64,000 bases of DNA from an uncultured bacterium (lineage in GTDB: Bacteria; Zixibacteria; MSB-5A5; JAABVY01; JAHJOQ01), in the NCBI GenBank assembly GCA_965369655.1, contig CBDUQR010000006.1:1-64000 (forward strand). Reading direction: 5' to 3'. Positions 1-13,624 of the stretch are shown here, piece after piece; position 1 is the stretch's first letter; each line of letters begins with the position of its first letter. The translations under genes were made by a program, and so were the position numbers. The notes beneath the pieces were generated by a model. It was not told the DNA's origin and did no database searches. It was given only the letters and a program-made list of their open reading frames with translations.

Positions 1-2382
<2,382 letters not shown>

Positions 2383-2482
2383 GAAATCCTAAAGACGCTC
2401 TTACACTCGGATTACTGCAGCTCATAAAATAAATTAGGCTGCAGTTCTGACTCAAAAAAATTGGTCAGACCTCGATATTCAG

Positions 2483-2495
2483 TTGTCAAAGAACA
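2483..2495 (-). promoter_or_regulatory. boxA rRNA antitermination element
   Basis: Minus strand TGTTCTTTGACAA, ~100 nt upstream of the 23S 5' end, matches the boxA consensus TGCTCTTTAACA. Confidence 0.8.
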
Positions 2496-2521
2496 GGCGC
2501 GCATTTCGCACGCAGTACCAG

Positions 2522-2549
2522 AATATATTGGTTACTTCCGCGCTGTCAA
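2522..2549 (-). promoter_or_regulatory. sigma-70 promoter of the 23S rRNA gene
   Basis: TTGACA-16 nt-TATATT on the minus strand, preceded by an A-tract (AAAATTGAAAAAAAG) resembling an UP element. Confidence 0.75.
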
Positions 2550-2739
2550 GCGCTTTATCAATCTTTTTTTCAATTTTGTGGCGCGATCAACAACAAGACA
2601 TATCTCGCCGCCCATTCCCCGCCTTCCCTCCTTCTCTGTATTATCGACAGGAACCTGCATGTCCATTAGCCGATTCCGAAATGAACCCTGATGTTTCATT
2701 CCGGAACAGACCGTATATGCAAACTCGCTCAGATTCCTC

Positions 2740-5130
2740 CTAACAATCCGGCTCGCCATCACCGTCCGGATCGCACGGTGCATTGCCGCCAGCGAAGATG
2801 TACTGAATCAAATACACAACATCATCTATGTCAACATCACCTGAACAGTCGGCGTCGCCGGATTCCAAAGGATCAGGCGCAGGACCACCAGCAAAGATGT
2901 ACTGGATCAGGTAGACTACATCATCGATATCAACAGCCTCGCTGGCATCCGCATCGCCGCAGATATACAAAGAGCCACACAGCTTCGTGACAAAGACGTC
3001 ATAGTCGCCCTGGTCTGTCTGGTAGGGGTCCTGTGTCGGGAAGTTCGTGGATGACGTCCCGCCCGTGACGTAGGCGCATCCACCGCCATCGATGGCAATC
3101 CCGTGGCCATCGTCACCGCTGCTCCCGCCAAGGTATGTGCTGTAGATCAGCGAGCTGCCCGATGTGCTCAGCTTCGTGACAAACGCGTCACGGCTATTCT
3201 GATCTGTCTGGTAGGGGTCCTGCGTCGGAAAATCGGTGGACCAAGTCATTCCCGATGCGTAGGCATAGCCGCTGCCACTGACTGCAATCTCGCGGCCTTG
3301 GTCATCGCTGCTCCCACCGAGACAGGTGCTATAAACCAGCGAGTTGCCTGCTGTGCTCAGCTTCGTAACAAACACGTCCCCGCTGCCCTGGTACGTCTGG
3401 TAGGGATTCTGCATCGGGAAGTCGGAGGAATGTGTGGAGCCTGTCACATAGGCGTAGCCGATGACGACGGCAATCCGAAAGCCATACTCCGACGAGCTCC
3501 CGCCAAGATACGTGCTGTAAACCAGCGAGTTGCCCGATGTGCTCAGCTTCGTGACAAACGCGTCATAGCTACCCTGGTCTGTCTGGTAGGGGTTCTGTGT
3601 CGGGAAGTCTGTGGAAAATGTCTGACCCGTCACATAGGCGCAGCCGCTGCCATCGACGGCAATTCCGTAGCCATCGTCACTGGAGCTCCCGCCAAGGTAG
3701 GTGCTGTAAACCAGCGAGTTGCCTGAAACACTCAGCTTCGTGACAAACGCATCATCTCCACCCTCGCCCTGGTAGGGGTTCTGTGTCGGGAAGTCGGAGG
3801 ATTCAGCCCTCCCCGTCACATAGGCGCAATAATCGTCATCGATGGCAATTCCTTCGCCGTAGTCAGGGCCGCTCCCGCCAAGATAGGTGCTGTAAACCAG
3901 CGAGTTGCCTGAAGCACTCAGCTTCGTGACAAATGCATCCCAATCGCCCTGGTCTGTTTGGTAGGGATTCTGTGTCGGGAAGTCGGTTGATCTCGTCAAG
4001 CCAGTTACGTAGGCGCAACCGTTGCCATCGACGGCAATCGGTCGGCCTTCGTCCCGGTCGCCCCCGCCGAGATAGGTGCTGTAAACCAGCGAGTTACCAG
4101 ATGCACTCATCTTCGTGACAAACACATCCCAATCGCCGCCTTGGAATGTCCCCTGATAGGGGCTCTCTGTCGGGAAGTTGGTGGAGGCTGTGAGACCCGT
4201 TACATACGCGCAGCCACCGCCATCAACGGCAATCCCGTGGCCCATCTCTGAGCTACTCCCGCCAAGATAGGTGCTGTAGACCAGTGTCGGATCAATAACA
4301 AGCGCAAGTGTCGGGTCGTATCTGTCACCCAGATCGAAACCGAAGGTGTTGTCGGTGAAGAGAATATAGCGACCCTCGATAGGCATGCAACCATTCGCAT
4401 CAAGCTGATATACCAGCGGTCGTAACTCGGTGATATTTCCCCATTCAGTCTCGACAACCAACTCTCCAGCATCGTTCACACTGATCGACTTCGCGCCATC
4501 GTATTGCACCATGATTTGATTCGGATCGGCGCCGGGTGAGACGATGAAATCATATTCCATCTGCTTGCCATTGCCATAGTATTTCAGATCGATGCCTGAG
4601 TAGACATCCTTGAAGATGACTGCCTTGTAGTTGGGAACGTCCGTATGCCATTCGTCAGGATCATTGCCGATGAAGTAATTACACTTGTATTCCATCATGT
4701 TGTCGCCGATGATCTCCGGATTCGGATTTGCACCGATGAATGATGCTTTGATCACCAACTGCTCGATGCTGTCGGGTTTCTTGCAAGCTTCGCTTGCTAC
4801 GGAACGCCGACCTACTGGAGAATGGGGCTTTTGAGACAGCCTCTCACGGTCAGCCCGTTCATGTGGATCGTTTGCGGTTATCCGCCGTGTGAACTGGTAG
4901 TAGACGCCGTCGGTGGTGAACCACATTGCGGCGCCACCAGCGTTGGCTTTGAATTGCACTCGATCATCCCATTGGCCAACATTCTCAGTGAACGCCAATG
5001 GCATCAGATCGAGTTGTTCAACCGTAAATATCGATGATTGGTCACTCTGTGATGTTTCAGTGGACAATGCTGGTGAAACAAACAGAAGAACCAGCAGCAA
5101 TGCGATGGTGTACTGTCTGAGCAGCTTCAT
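2740..5130 (-). CDS. Secreted SBBP-repeat beta-propeller protein with C-terminal dockerin-like domain
   Basis: Signal peptide; N-terminal 'LAFTENVGQ...YDFIVSPGADP' domain; seven 'LVYSTYLGGS..D.G.GIAVD..G.AYVTG.T.S.DFPT' repeats; duplicated C-terminal 'GDADxSxxVDIDDVVYLIQYIFAGG' motif. Confidence 0.92.
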   Translation of the reverse strand: MKLLRQYTIALLLVLLFVSPALSTETSQSDQSSIFTVEQLDLMPLAFTENVGQWDDRVQFKANAGGAAMWFTTDGVYYQFTRRITANDPHERADRERLSQKPHSPVGRRSVASEACKKPDSIEQLVIKASFIGANPNPEIIGDNMMEYKCNYFIGNDPDEWHTDVPNYKAVIFKDVYSGIDLKYYGNGKQMEYDFIVSPGADPNQIMVQYDGAKSISVNDAGELVVETEWGNITELRPLVYQLDANGCMPIEGRYILFTDNTFGFDLGDRYDPTLALVIDPTLVYSTYLGGSSSEMGHGIAVDGGGCAYVTGLTASTNFPTESPYQGTFQGGDWDVFVTKMSASGNSLVYSTYLGGGDRDEGRPIAVDGNGCAYVTGLTRSTDFPTQNPYQTDQGDWDAFVTKLSASGNSLVYSTYLGGSGPDYGEGIAIDDDYCAYVTGRAESSDFPTQNPYQGEGGDDAFVTKLSVSGNSLVYSTYLGGSSSDDGYGIAVDGSGCAYVTGQTFSTDFPTQNPYQTDQGSYDAFVTKLSTSGNSLVYSTYLGGSSSEYGFRIAVVIGYAYVTGSTHSSDFPMQNPYQTYQGSGDVFVTKLSTAGNSLVYSTCLGGSSDDQGREIAVSGSGYAYASGMTWSTDFPTQDPYQTDQNSRDAFVTKLSTSGSSLIYSTYLGGSSGDDGHGIAIDGGGCAYVTGGTSSTNFPTQDPYQTDQGDYDVFVTKLCGSLYICGDADASEAVDIDDVVYLIQYIFAGGPAPDPLESGDADCSGDVDIDDVVYLIQYIFAGGNAPCDPDGDGEPDC
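2975..4290 (-). repeat. Seven intragenic tandem repeats of ~186-189 bp encoding SBBP blades
   Basis: The motif CTTCGTGACAAA (one copy CTTCGTAACAAA) recurs at ~2983, 3172, 3361, 3547, 3736, 3922 and 4111. Confidence 0.85.
4771..4816 (-). repeat. Single GTAG-type REP-like palindrome inserted in frame in the SBBP gene
   Basis: Minus strand AGTAG-GTCGGCGTTCCGTA-GCAAGCGAAGCTTGC-AA-GAAACCCGAC. It shares GGAACGCCGACCTACTGGA exactly with the intergenic copy at ~34240-34257. Confidence 0.8.
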
Positions 5131-5288
5131 ATCTTCCTCCTATGTATATCTGCCGACGTGACTTGTCCGGTGCGAACTCAGTAGTAGAACTCTATCCCTG
5201 GACTCAGCATAATATAGCCAGGCAGTTAGAAAAGTCAATACTCGACTGATCCATCCACAGAGAAACCACGCCGAAAGAGATGGTACTA

Positions 5289-6884
5289 TTACTCAGAACG
5301 CACAGGTGACCATTCGCCGAAGTTCTCTACAACAATTTTGCATCTGCCCTTTGATGTCCAGTACTCGTTAGCGTTGTAGCTCCAGCCAAGATAGTCCGAT
5401 CCGCCGCCGCCCTCGGTCGTGATGAGAAATCGGTTGCCAAGATGTCCGAAAGCTCCAGCCCTTCTCGCCGGCCAGTCGGAATCACCCCCGGATGGATCGA
5501 CCGGAATCCAGCCGAATCCGGGCAAATATACTTCGACCCAGCGATGAAACACTTCATCGTAGGAGGCATCGTCTCCACGGATCGCTATCGAGCCGACATA
5601 GCGCGCAGGCAACCCTGCCGCCCTGCACATTGCGATATAGACGAAACTGTATTCCGAGCATGAACCATTGCCCCGTTCGAGAACGGTCGGCGCGATGTTC
5701 CACCCGCCCGCAAGCTCATACTCCATGTGTTCGATGACATAGTTGAATATCCTGCGAGCAATCCAGTACGGGTTCGTCTCATCACTAACAGCTTTATCGA
5801 CCGCGCTCTGTATGACACTGCTCCCGAATGAGAACTTCGTATTGTCCACCAGATACAGTTCGCGAATATCCTCCGGAATCTCGTCGAGTTGACCGACCCG
5901 TTCGGGATAGATGAAATAGTTGTTGGCATAGAGATTCGCTTGTACAGTCATCGACACAGTCCGGAATTCGGTCGGTCCGAGATCATCGAAATGGAAATGC
6001 GCGACCTTCTGTCCCCACTGGTCCTCGATAATCCCTGTCGGTTCGAGGCTGAATTCGACATCCGTCAACAGATGCTGATTGTCGCGGTCCTTCGGTATGG
6101 CGAGGTAAACATCAGCGGTCGTAACCGTGCCGGGACCGTAATTCCTGATCTGATGTATAAACTCGACTTCCTGAGTCTTCTCATCGGTGCGCTCGAAAAC
6201 AGCGCCGTCATCGACCACGAGTTGATACAGACTGTCGGTCTCATAATCGACATTCCAGAGACGCTCGCCATCCCAAGCCAGTCCCCATGCGTGCGGACCG
6301 GGCGTGGCAATACTCAGAATCACATCTCCGTCGACAGTTGCCATGTAGATTCGGTCGTCAGTCCTGTCGGCTATCCACAAGTACCTGCCATCGAAAGCCA
6401 GACCTGTCGTCATCCGCGACGGCGCAGGAATGGAACTGATGGTCGTGCCATCTTCCGTGCTGATCTTGTGAATTTCGTCGGCGCCATAATCTGCAATCCA
6501 GATATTCTCTCCATCCCACGCCAGACCAGCCGGTTTCGATACCGGGCAGTAAATTGTCTTCTCAACGATCCGCGTTTTCGGATTTATGGCGAAGAACACC
6601 TTCTCCTCCGCATCCACACACCACAGCAGCGAACCATCCCATGTCAGGCCGCGAGGTACGTAGCCCGGCGATTCGATCGAATCGATCACAGCGCCGTTGC
6701 CCGGATCGATCTTGTAGATCATGTCCGTAAGTCTGTCCACGTTCCAGAGGTATTTCCCATCAAACGTGAGCCCCTGTGGGCAGTTGTGACTCAGACCATG
6801 CGACTTCTCGACATCTCCCGGTGTTGCCGAGATTGACATCGCCAGCAGTAGCTGGGTGACTGCCACCAGTATGGTTGCTCTCAT
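5289..6884 (-). CDS. Secreted transglutaminase-like protein with N-terminal beta-propeller
   Basis: Signal peptide; about five 'GLxWDGxxLW' repeats; transglutaminase triad motifs GSCSEYS (Cys), FHRWVEVY (His) and WIPVDP (Asp). Confidence 0.9.
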   Translation of the reverse strand: MRATILVAVTQLLLAMSISATPGDVEKSHGLSHNCPQGLTFDGKYLWNVDRLTDMIYKIDPGNGAVIDSIESPGYVPRGLTWDGSLLWCVDAEEKVFFAINPKTRIVEKTIYCPVSKPAGLAWDGENIWIADYGADEIHKISTEDGTTISSIPAPSRMTTGLAFDGRYLWIADRTDDRIYMATVDGDVILSIATPGPHAWGLAWDGERLWNVDYETDSLYQLVVDDGAVFERTDEKTQEVEFIHQIRNYGPGTVTTADVYLAIPKDRDNQHLLTDVEFSLEPTGIIEDQWGQKVAHFHFDDLGPTEFRTVSMTVQANLYANNYFIYPERVGQLDEIPEDIRELYLVDNTKFSFGSSVIQSAVDKAVSDETNPYWIARRIFNYVIEHMEYELAGGWNIAPTVLERGNGSCSEYSFVYIAMCRAAGLPARYVGSIAIRGDDASYDEVFHRWVEVYLPGFGWIPVDPSGGDSDWPARRAGAFGHLGNRFLITTEGGGGSDYLGWSYNANEYWTSKGRCKIVVENFGEWSPVRSE

Positions 6885-7098
6885 GACGCTTCCTCCGTGT
6901 AATTCCGCGTGTGGGGCACACGCTCGATGTTCTTTTTATTGCAGACAAGTTACCCGAAACATCAATCAAGTCAAGAGAAAGAGAGGACCGGTTGGAATGC
7001 AGATAGAATGGCAGAGAACCGAGACATTCGACCGGACAGGGACGCACGAAGAGAACCATGTAAACGCTTGAAAAACCTGAAGATAAACTATTTTCGGG

Positions 7099-7127
7099 TT
7101 GACAATGAAATTTGCGTTCTATAGATT
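7099..7127 (+). promoter_or_regulatory. Probable sigma-70 promoter
   Basis: TTGACA-17 nt-TAGATT upstream of the CDS starting at 7239. Confidence 0.55.
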
Positions 7128-7238
7128 TGACGCTTTGAGGCTCCTCACGTCATAAGTATGTGAAGGGTCATCGTATAGCTATGATGATAGTGCTTGGATT
7201 GTATTGATAAACGTAACTTGAAAATAGGGAGAATTGTC

Positions 7239-9965
7239 ATGCGGAAAATAGCACCATTCTTAATTATGCTGTTGCTGTTGTCGGTGTCAACTGACGTCAC
7301 GGCGAAAACCAAGGGGCCACGCGCACCCAGGGACGCAGACGGGTTTTTCAAGCCCACAACCATCGAGACACCCAACATGCTGACATGCGTTCATAAGTAC
7401 AACAACCTGTTTCTTGCCATCTCAAACTGGGGATTCTTCGGCAGCGAGGACGGTCGCCAGACAGACTGCGAAACCGGCGCTCCAGCCCCATCCGGCAGGT
7501 TTCCGGGCACTTCCAATATCGAGTACCTCTTCCAGGGTGCCCTCTGGATCGGAGCAGTGGTCGGCGATGATACTCTTGTCTCTGTCGGCGCCGATGGTTG
7601 GCAGTGGGCAAACGACATGTATCCCTGCGCAGACGAGAGCGACCCCCGTTGCGGCATCGAACGCAGGTCATTCCGACAGGCAGATCCTTATTACCACGAG
7701 GACGCCAAATCGGATCTGGAGTACATCTCTATCTACACTGACACGCTCAACCACCCCACGTGGACTCCGCCTGACTGGGATGGAAGTCCATATATCCCGA
7801 TCGGACTCGAAATCACCCAGCATTCATACTCCTGGAGTGTTGACTACGCCGGAGACTTCATCCTGTTGGATTTCAAGATCAAGAACATCACACACCTGAC
7901 CCCCGGCGGGTCGAAAACTATCGAGGATCTCTTTCTCGGTATTTATTCCGATGGTGATGTAGGTTTGAAGGGCGATAGTGAAAAGCACACGGACGACATC
8001 TGCGGTTTCCTTGAGCATGCCACGGCTCATCCGTGTACTTTCTGCGATATTGAAGATATCAACTTCTGTGACCCGATTGACCTGACATATATCTGCGACA
8101 ATGACGGAGATCCGGTCGATGGCGCCTTCGACTACGAAAAAAGTGCTACAGGAGTTCTCGGCACCAGGGTTATGAGAGCGGCGGGGCAGGATGTGAAGAA
8201 GGTCTCATTCAACTGGTGGACTAGTCAAGGCAGTGCAAACCTCGACTGGGGACCCATGAAAGAAGCAACGTGGCGGAATTTCGGCACGGGAGGCTTTGGC
8301 ACTCCGGAAGGCAATAAGAATAAGTACTACATGTTGTCTAACGGCGAACATGACTACGATCAGATAGAATCAACCGAAGAGCATGAGGGCTGGCTTCGGC
8401 CGAATCCGGAGGTAGCGGCCGATCTTGCAGATGGTGGCGACACCCGATTCCTGCTTTCGTTCGGTCCGTTCAATCTACCGACTGATCCCGATACGTTCCT
8501 CCAGATCACAATTGCTTATGTCGCCGCGGAAGGCTTGCACAGGGACCCTGCCAACGGAACCTGGCTGGAAGCTGGCGATTATGAATCCTTCTATGGGGGA
8601 CTCAAATTCGATAATCTTTCATACAACGCCGTCTGGGCAGCCTGGGTTTATGACAACCCGGTACCGTGGGTTCAGGAGGATATCGATCCTCCCGACTGCG
8701 GCTACTGCACAGACCCATCAGAACTCGACACCTGCTTCTACGCAGGGGACGGCATACCGGATTTTCAGGCGGCCGTTCCGCCACCATCGCCACCCCTCAG
8801 GTACAAGACTAAGTTTGGAGAAGTCTATCTGAGATGGAACGGATACGAGTCCGAGTCATTCATCGATCCATTTACGTTCGTAGCGGATTTCGAAGGCTAC
8901 AGAGTCTACTGGGGCAGGCTGGACAAGATCGACAAAATGTCCAGACTTGAATCTCGTGACCGTGTCGACTACAAGAGATACACGTGGAATGCTGATCTGG
9001 TTCCGCCAGTCTGGCGCGCGAATGAGCCGCCATTGACCCTCGATTCCCTCAACAAGTTGTATGGTTCAGAGGGCAACGATTTCGTTCCCGAGGACTGGGC
9101 ATGTCAACTCGGGCTCGAACCGGGAGACGGATTCCACGACAGCGAAGGAAACATATACTGCTTCGAGCCGACCGATTACAATCAGTCGATTGACGGATGG
9201 ATGGATGGCGCCAAAGATGTGCCCATCGAAACTGGAATCAGGAAAGTCTTCGCCACGGAAATCCGCGAAGGAATCGTCAAGCCAATACGCGACACATTCG
9301 ACTTCGAAGCAGACACCCTGATGCATGACAACCTTGACACGTTATGGATGTGGGATATCAATCCGAGGACAGGTGATTCGACAAGATATCATAAATTCTG
9401 GGAGTATGAGTACGAGATCGGCAACCTGCTCGCATCGGTGCCTCACTACTTCTCGGTCACAGCCTTCGACTTCGGAGAATTCGCTAACAAGGATTTCGGC
9501 AAAGAAGGTAAGGTCGGCGCACTCGAAGGATCACCGCTGGATGAGGTCGTCGAACTTTGGGCTACCAACGATGCTGCGACTGTCGTTGCAAACTATCCCG
9601 ACGGTAATGGCGTTGCGGGAACCGGCGACGAAGAGTTCGAAGTCAAGGTCTATCCCAACCCATACCTAGGTGATGGCAGGTACCTCGATGTAAACTTCGA
9701 GCAGATTACTGAAGGCCAAAGCGCGCGGCATGCGCGGGAACTGCACTTCGTCAATCTGCCACCGGAATGCACGATCAGGATTTTCACTCTCGATGGCGAT
9801 ATGGTCAAAGAGATCAAGCACCCGGGTCGTGACAGCGACTGGGATTCAAAGATTCACTGGAATATGAGGACGAGAAATAACGAACTCGTCTCAAGCGGTA
9901 TCTACCTGTATTCGGTTGAATCACCGTATGGAAATCAGGTTGGCAAATTCGTGATAGTATTCTAA
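7239..9965 (+). CDS. Large secreted protein with C-terminal T9SS/FlgD-Ig-like sorting domain, function unknown
   Basis: Start moved to ATG 7239 (GGAG RBS, signal peptide MRKIAPFLIMLLLLSV). C-terminus 'VKVYPNPY...FVNLPPECTIRIFTLDG...WNMRTRNNELVSSGIYLYSV...GKFVIV'. Confidence 0.85.
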   Translation: MRKIAPFLIMLLLLSVSTDVTAKTKGPRAPRDADGFFKPTTIETPNMLTCVHKYNNLFLAISNWGFFGSEDGRQTDCETGAPAPSGRFPGTSNIEYLFQGALWIGAVVGDDTLVSVGADGWQWANDMYPCADESDPRCGIERRSFRQADPYYHEDAKSDLEYISIYTDTLNHPTWTPPDWDGSPYIPIGLEITQHSYSWSVDYAGDFILLDFKIKNITHLTPGGSKTIEDLFLGIYSDGDVGLKGDSEKHTDDICGFLEHATAHPCTFCDIEDINFCDPIDLTYICDNDGDPVDGAFDYEKSATGVLGTRVMRAAGQDVKKVSFNWWTSQGSANLDWGPMKEATWRNFGTGGFGTPEGNKNKYYMLSNGEHDYDQIESTEEHEGWLRPNPEVAADLADGGDTRFLLSFGPFNLPTDPDTFLQITIAYVAAEGLHRDPANGTWLEAGDYESFYGGLKFDNLSYNAVWAAWVYDNPVPWVQEDIDPPDCGYCTDPSELDTCFYAGDGIPDFQAAVPPPSPPLRYKTKFGEVYLRWNGYESESFIDPFTFVADFEGYRVYWGRLDKIDKMSRLESRDRVDYKRYTWNADLVPPVWRANEPPLTLDSLNKLYGSEGNDFVPEDWACQLGLEPGDGFHDSEGNIYCFEPTDYNQSIDGWMDGAKDVPIETGIRKVFATEIREGIVKPIRDTFDFEADTLMHDNLDTLWMWDINPRTGDSTRYHKFWEYEYEIGNLLASVPHYFSVTAFDFGEFANKDFGKEGKVGALEGSPLDEVVELWATNDAATVVANYPDGNGVAGTGDEEFEVKVYPNPYLGDGRYLDVNFEQITEGQSARHARELHFVNLPPECTIRIFTLDGDMVKEIKHPGRDSDWDSKIHWNMRTRNNELVSSGIYLYSVESPYGNQVGKFVIVF

Positions 9966-10001
9966 GACATCTACTCAGCAGCGTAGAAATGGATAGAACA
10001 T

Positions 10002-10030
10002 CGGCGCCGGTCAAACACCGGCGCCGTTTT
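10002..10030 (+). terminator. Intrinsic terminator between convergent genes
   Basis: CGGCGCCGGT-CAAAC-ACCGGCGCCG followed by TTTT. Confidence 0.75.
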
Positions 10031-10048
10031 CAGTCTGTGAACGAAGCG

Positions 10049-11395
<1,347 letters not shown>

Positions 11396-11685
11396 TCACT
11401 CCTTCATCATGGATTTGATTGTAATGGAGTTTGTTATTGTTAAGTCCATTTCTTCAAACTGAACTATGTGTAAAGTCCTCTGAGTTCTGCCGCCTTCGCA
11501 ACTCATTTTCTCTGTCCAGTAGTATCCCATCCTGTTTTGTGCCTACTCAATGCGGCCATGAACCGCATGTGAAATATTTCGCAAAAATATATTTCGATCC
11601 ACAAATGTCAAGCGAAAGAAGGGGATTTCTCACAATGTAACGTATGAATTTTCGAGCGTGTCAGGTGTTGGAGATGGAGAGGTTT

Positions 11686-12588
11686 CTACATATCAGCAGT
11701 CTCTACATCTGTGTCATTCTGCATCAGGCATGCCTTCATAGTGTTGGATAGCAGCATTGCGATGGTCATCGGTCCGACGCCACCGGGCACGGGCGTTATG
11801 AACGATGCCTTCTCGGCGCATGACTCGAAATGGACATCACCGACGACTCGGTAGCCCTTTTCCTTCGATGAATCATCGATCCTGTTAATGCCGACATCGA
11901 CCACCACGGCTCCGTCTTTAATCATGTCGCCGGTCAGATATTCTGCGACGCCCATAGCGGCGATCACCATATCTGCGTTACGAGTATGCGACGCAATATC
12001 TCTTGTCCCTGTATGGCAGAGCGTGACTGTGGCGTTTGAGCCTTTCCATTTTTGCTGCAGGAGTACGGCTAATGGTTTACCGACGATATTCCCCCTGCCG
12101 AGAATTACGACATCCTTGCCCGAAGGAGATATATCATGACGTCGCAGGAGTTCGAGTATACCGAGAGGCGTGCAGGCAATGAACGACGGATGTCCGAGCA
12201 GCATCATGCCGATATTCGCCGGATGAAACCCGTCGACATCCTTGATCGGGTTGAGTTGCAAGACCATCTCGAGACTGTCAAGATGTTTCGGTAGAGGTTC
12301 CTGTACAAGTATTCCGTGTAAGTCAGGACGCTCGTTGAGCTCGCTAATGATACTATTCAGTTCTTCCTGGGTCAGGTCAGCCGACTCGTGGATCACTTCG
12401 GAATAGAAACCGATTTTTTTGCAGGCTTTGGCTTTGCTCGAGACATATATCTCTGAAGCCGGATTATCGCCAACCAGCACAGCAGCCAGCCCCGGCACTA
12501 TGCCATTATCTTTTAACCTTTCGGTCTTTTCCTTGAGCTCACTCCGAATCAGTTTCGCAGTTTTCTTCCCGTCCAGAATCTGAGCCAT
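11686..12588 (-). CDS. folD: Bifunctional methylenetetrahydrofolate dehydrogenase/cyclohydrolase
   Basis: Motifs ILDGK, KDVDGFHP, ACTPLGI and ITPVPGGVGPMT. Start is ATG 12588 or 12597. Confidence 0.97.
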   Translation of the reverse strand: MAQILDGKKTAKLIRSELKEKTERLKDNGIVPGLAAVLVGDNPASEIYVSSKAKACKKIGFYSEVIHESADLTQEELNSIISELNERPDLHGILVQEPLPKHLDSLEMVLQLNPIKDVDGFHPANIGMMLLGHPSFIACTPLGILELLRRHDISPSGKDVVILGRGNIVGKPLAVLLQQKWKGSNATVTLCHTGTRDIASHTRNADMVIAAMGVAEYLTGDMIKDGAVVVDVGINRIDDSSKEKGYRVVGDVHFESCAEKASFITPVPGGVGPMTIAMLLSNTMKACLMQNDTDVETADM

Positions 12589-13420
12589 CTTCAACATGCT
12601 CCTCTTTCTCGAGTTGGTACTCCTCCGGCAGCTTGCCGTCGTAGCTTATCTGAAGTCGTTCGATCGAAATCGCCCTGCCGGTTTCATCGTCGATTTCTGC
12701 AATAACACCCATGAGCTTCACATCATCCGAAGCAACGCTGAATCTATGAGGAACTGCGGTAAGGAACCGCGCCAGCACAGACTCGACATTCATCCCGATT
12801 ACTCCGCTGTGCGGTCCCGTCATGCCGGCATCCGTGATGAATGCCGTCCCTTTCGGCAGAATCTGTTCATCGGCTGTCTGAACGTGTGTATGCGTCCCTA
12901 CAACCAGCGACACCCTTCCGTCGAGATAACGAGCCATAGCGCCTTTCTCTGATGTCGTTTCGGCGTGGAAGTCTACCACGATGATTTTCGTCTGGCCCTG
13001 CATCAGCCTCAGTTCCCCGTCGATCGTCCTGAATGGGCAGTCGATATTCCGCCCGAATACGCGCCCCTCGATGTTGATGACGCCGACTTTTCGTCCGTCG
13101 GGGAACTTGTATACATACGAACCATATCCCGGCGAACCGGCGGGACAATTGGCGGGACGGATCACCCTGTTGTAGTCGTCATCGAGAAATGGAAATATAT
13201 CCTGCCTGTCCCAAATATGGTTTCCCGATGTCTGGACATCTATGCCATACGATGCGATCTTCTGGGAGATCGGTTTGGTAAGCCCGAAACCACCGGCAGC
13301 ATTCTCGATATTCGCAATCGCCAGGTCAATCCCATGCTTTTGCCTGACCGGCTTGAGAAGCTGGGAAAGTATCCACCGGCCCGGCTTCCCCACTATGTCT
13401 GAAACAAACAGAATTTTCAC
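12539..13420 (-). CDS. ymdB: TIGR00282/YmdB-family metallophosphoesterase
   Basis: Motifs DIVGKPGR, NIENAAGG, TSGNHIWD, VDFHAETTSEK and GTHTHVQTAD; usual position after rny. Confidence 0.93.
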   Translation of the reverse strand: MKILFVSDIVGKPGRWILSQLLKPVRQKHGIDLAIANIENAAGGFGLTKPISQKIASYGIDVQTSGNHIWDRQDIFPFLDDDYNRVIRPANCPAGSPGYGSYVYKFPDGRKVGVINIEGRVFGRNIDCPFRTIDGELRLMQGQTKIIVVDFHAETTSEKGAMARYLDGRVSLVVGTHTHVQTADEQILPKGTAFITDAGMTGPHSGVIGMNVESVLARFLTAVPHRFSVASDDVKLMGVIAEIDDETGRAISIERLQISYDGKLPEEYQLEKEEHVEDGSDSGREENCETDSE

Positions 13421-13480
13421 AGGGTAACCATTCTATTTGGACTTATCGCAAATCCCATGAAGCCTGAAAGTCGTGGGTAT

Positions 13481-13578
13481 CGTCATCACGAGGAGCGTGA
13501 GCGACGTTGTGATCTCAGTTTTCGCAATACATAACCTAAATGAGATTGCCACGCTTCCTCCGGTCGCTCGCAATGACG
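13481..13578. repeat. Inverted pair of CGTC-type REP-like elements
   Basis: CGTCATCACGAGGAGCGTGAGCGACGTTGTGATCTC ... GAGATTGCCACGCTTCCTCCGGTCGCTCGCAATGACG, matching the widespread GTCATTGCGAG...GCAATCTC type. Confidence 0.8.
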
Positions 13579-13624
13579 ACAAGTTTCAACGGTTATAACA
13601 TCAGCTACCTTTTTTCAACAAGCC

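Noticed and set aside
2975-4290. Regular DNA repeats resembling a CRISPR array or DGR template/variable pair
   Set aside because: The period is ~188 bp, in frame, and encodes SBBP blades. There are no unique spacers, cas genes or reverse transcriptase.
11396-11612. Long gdhA leader as a possible riboswitch
   Set aside because: It contains small hairpins only, with no recognisable riboswitch consensus.
12539-12597. ~50-59 nt overlap of ymdB with folD
   Set aside because: The acidic tail lies beyond the conserved domain and most likely reflects a drifted stop codon; both genes are intact.
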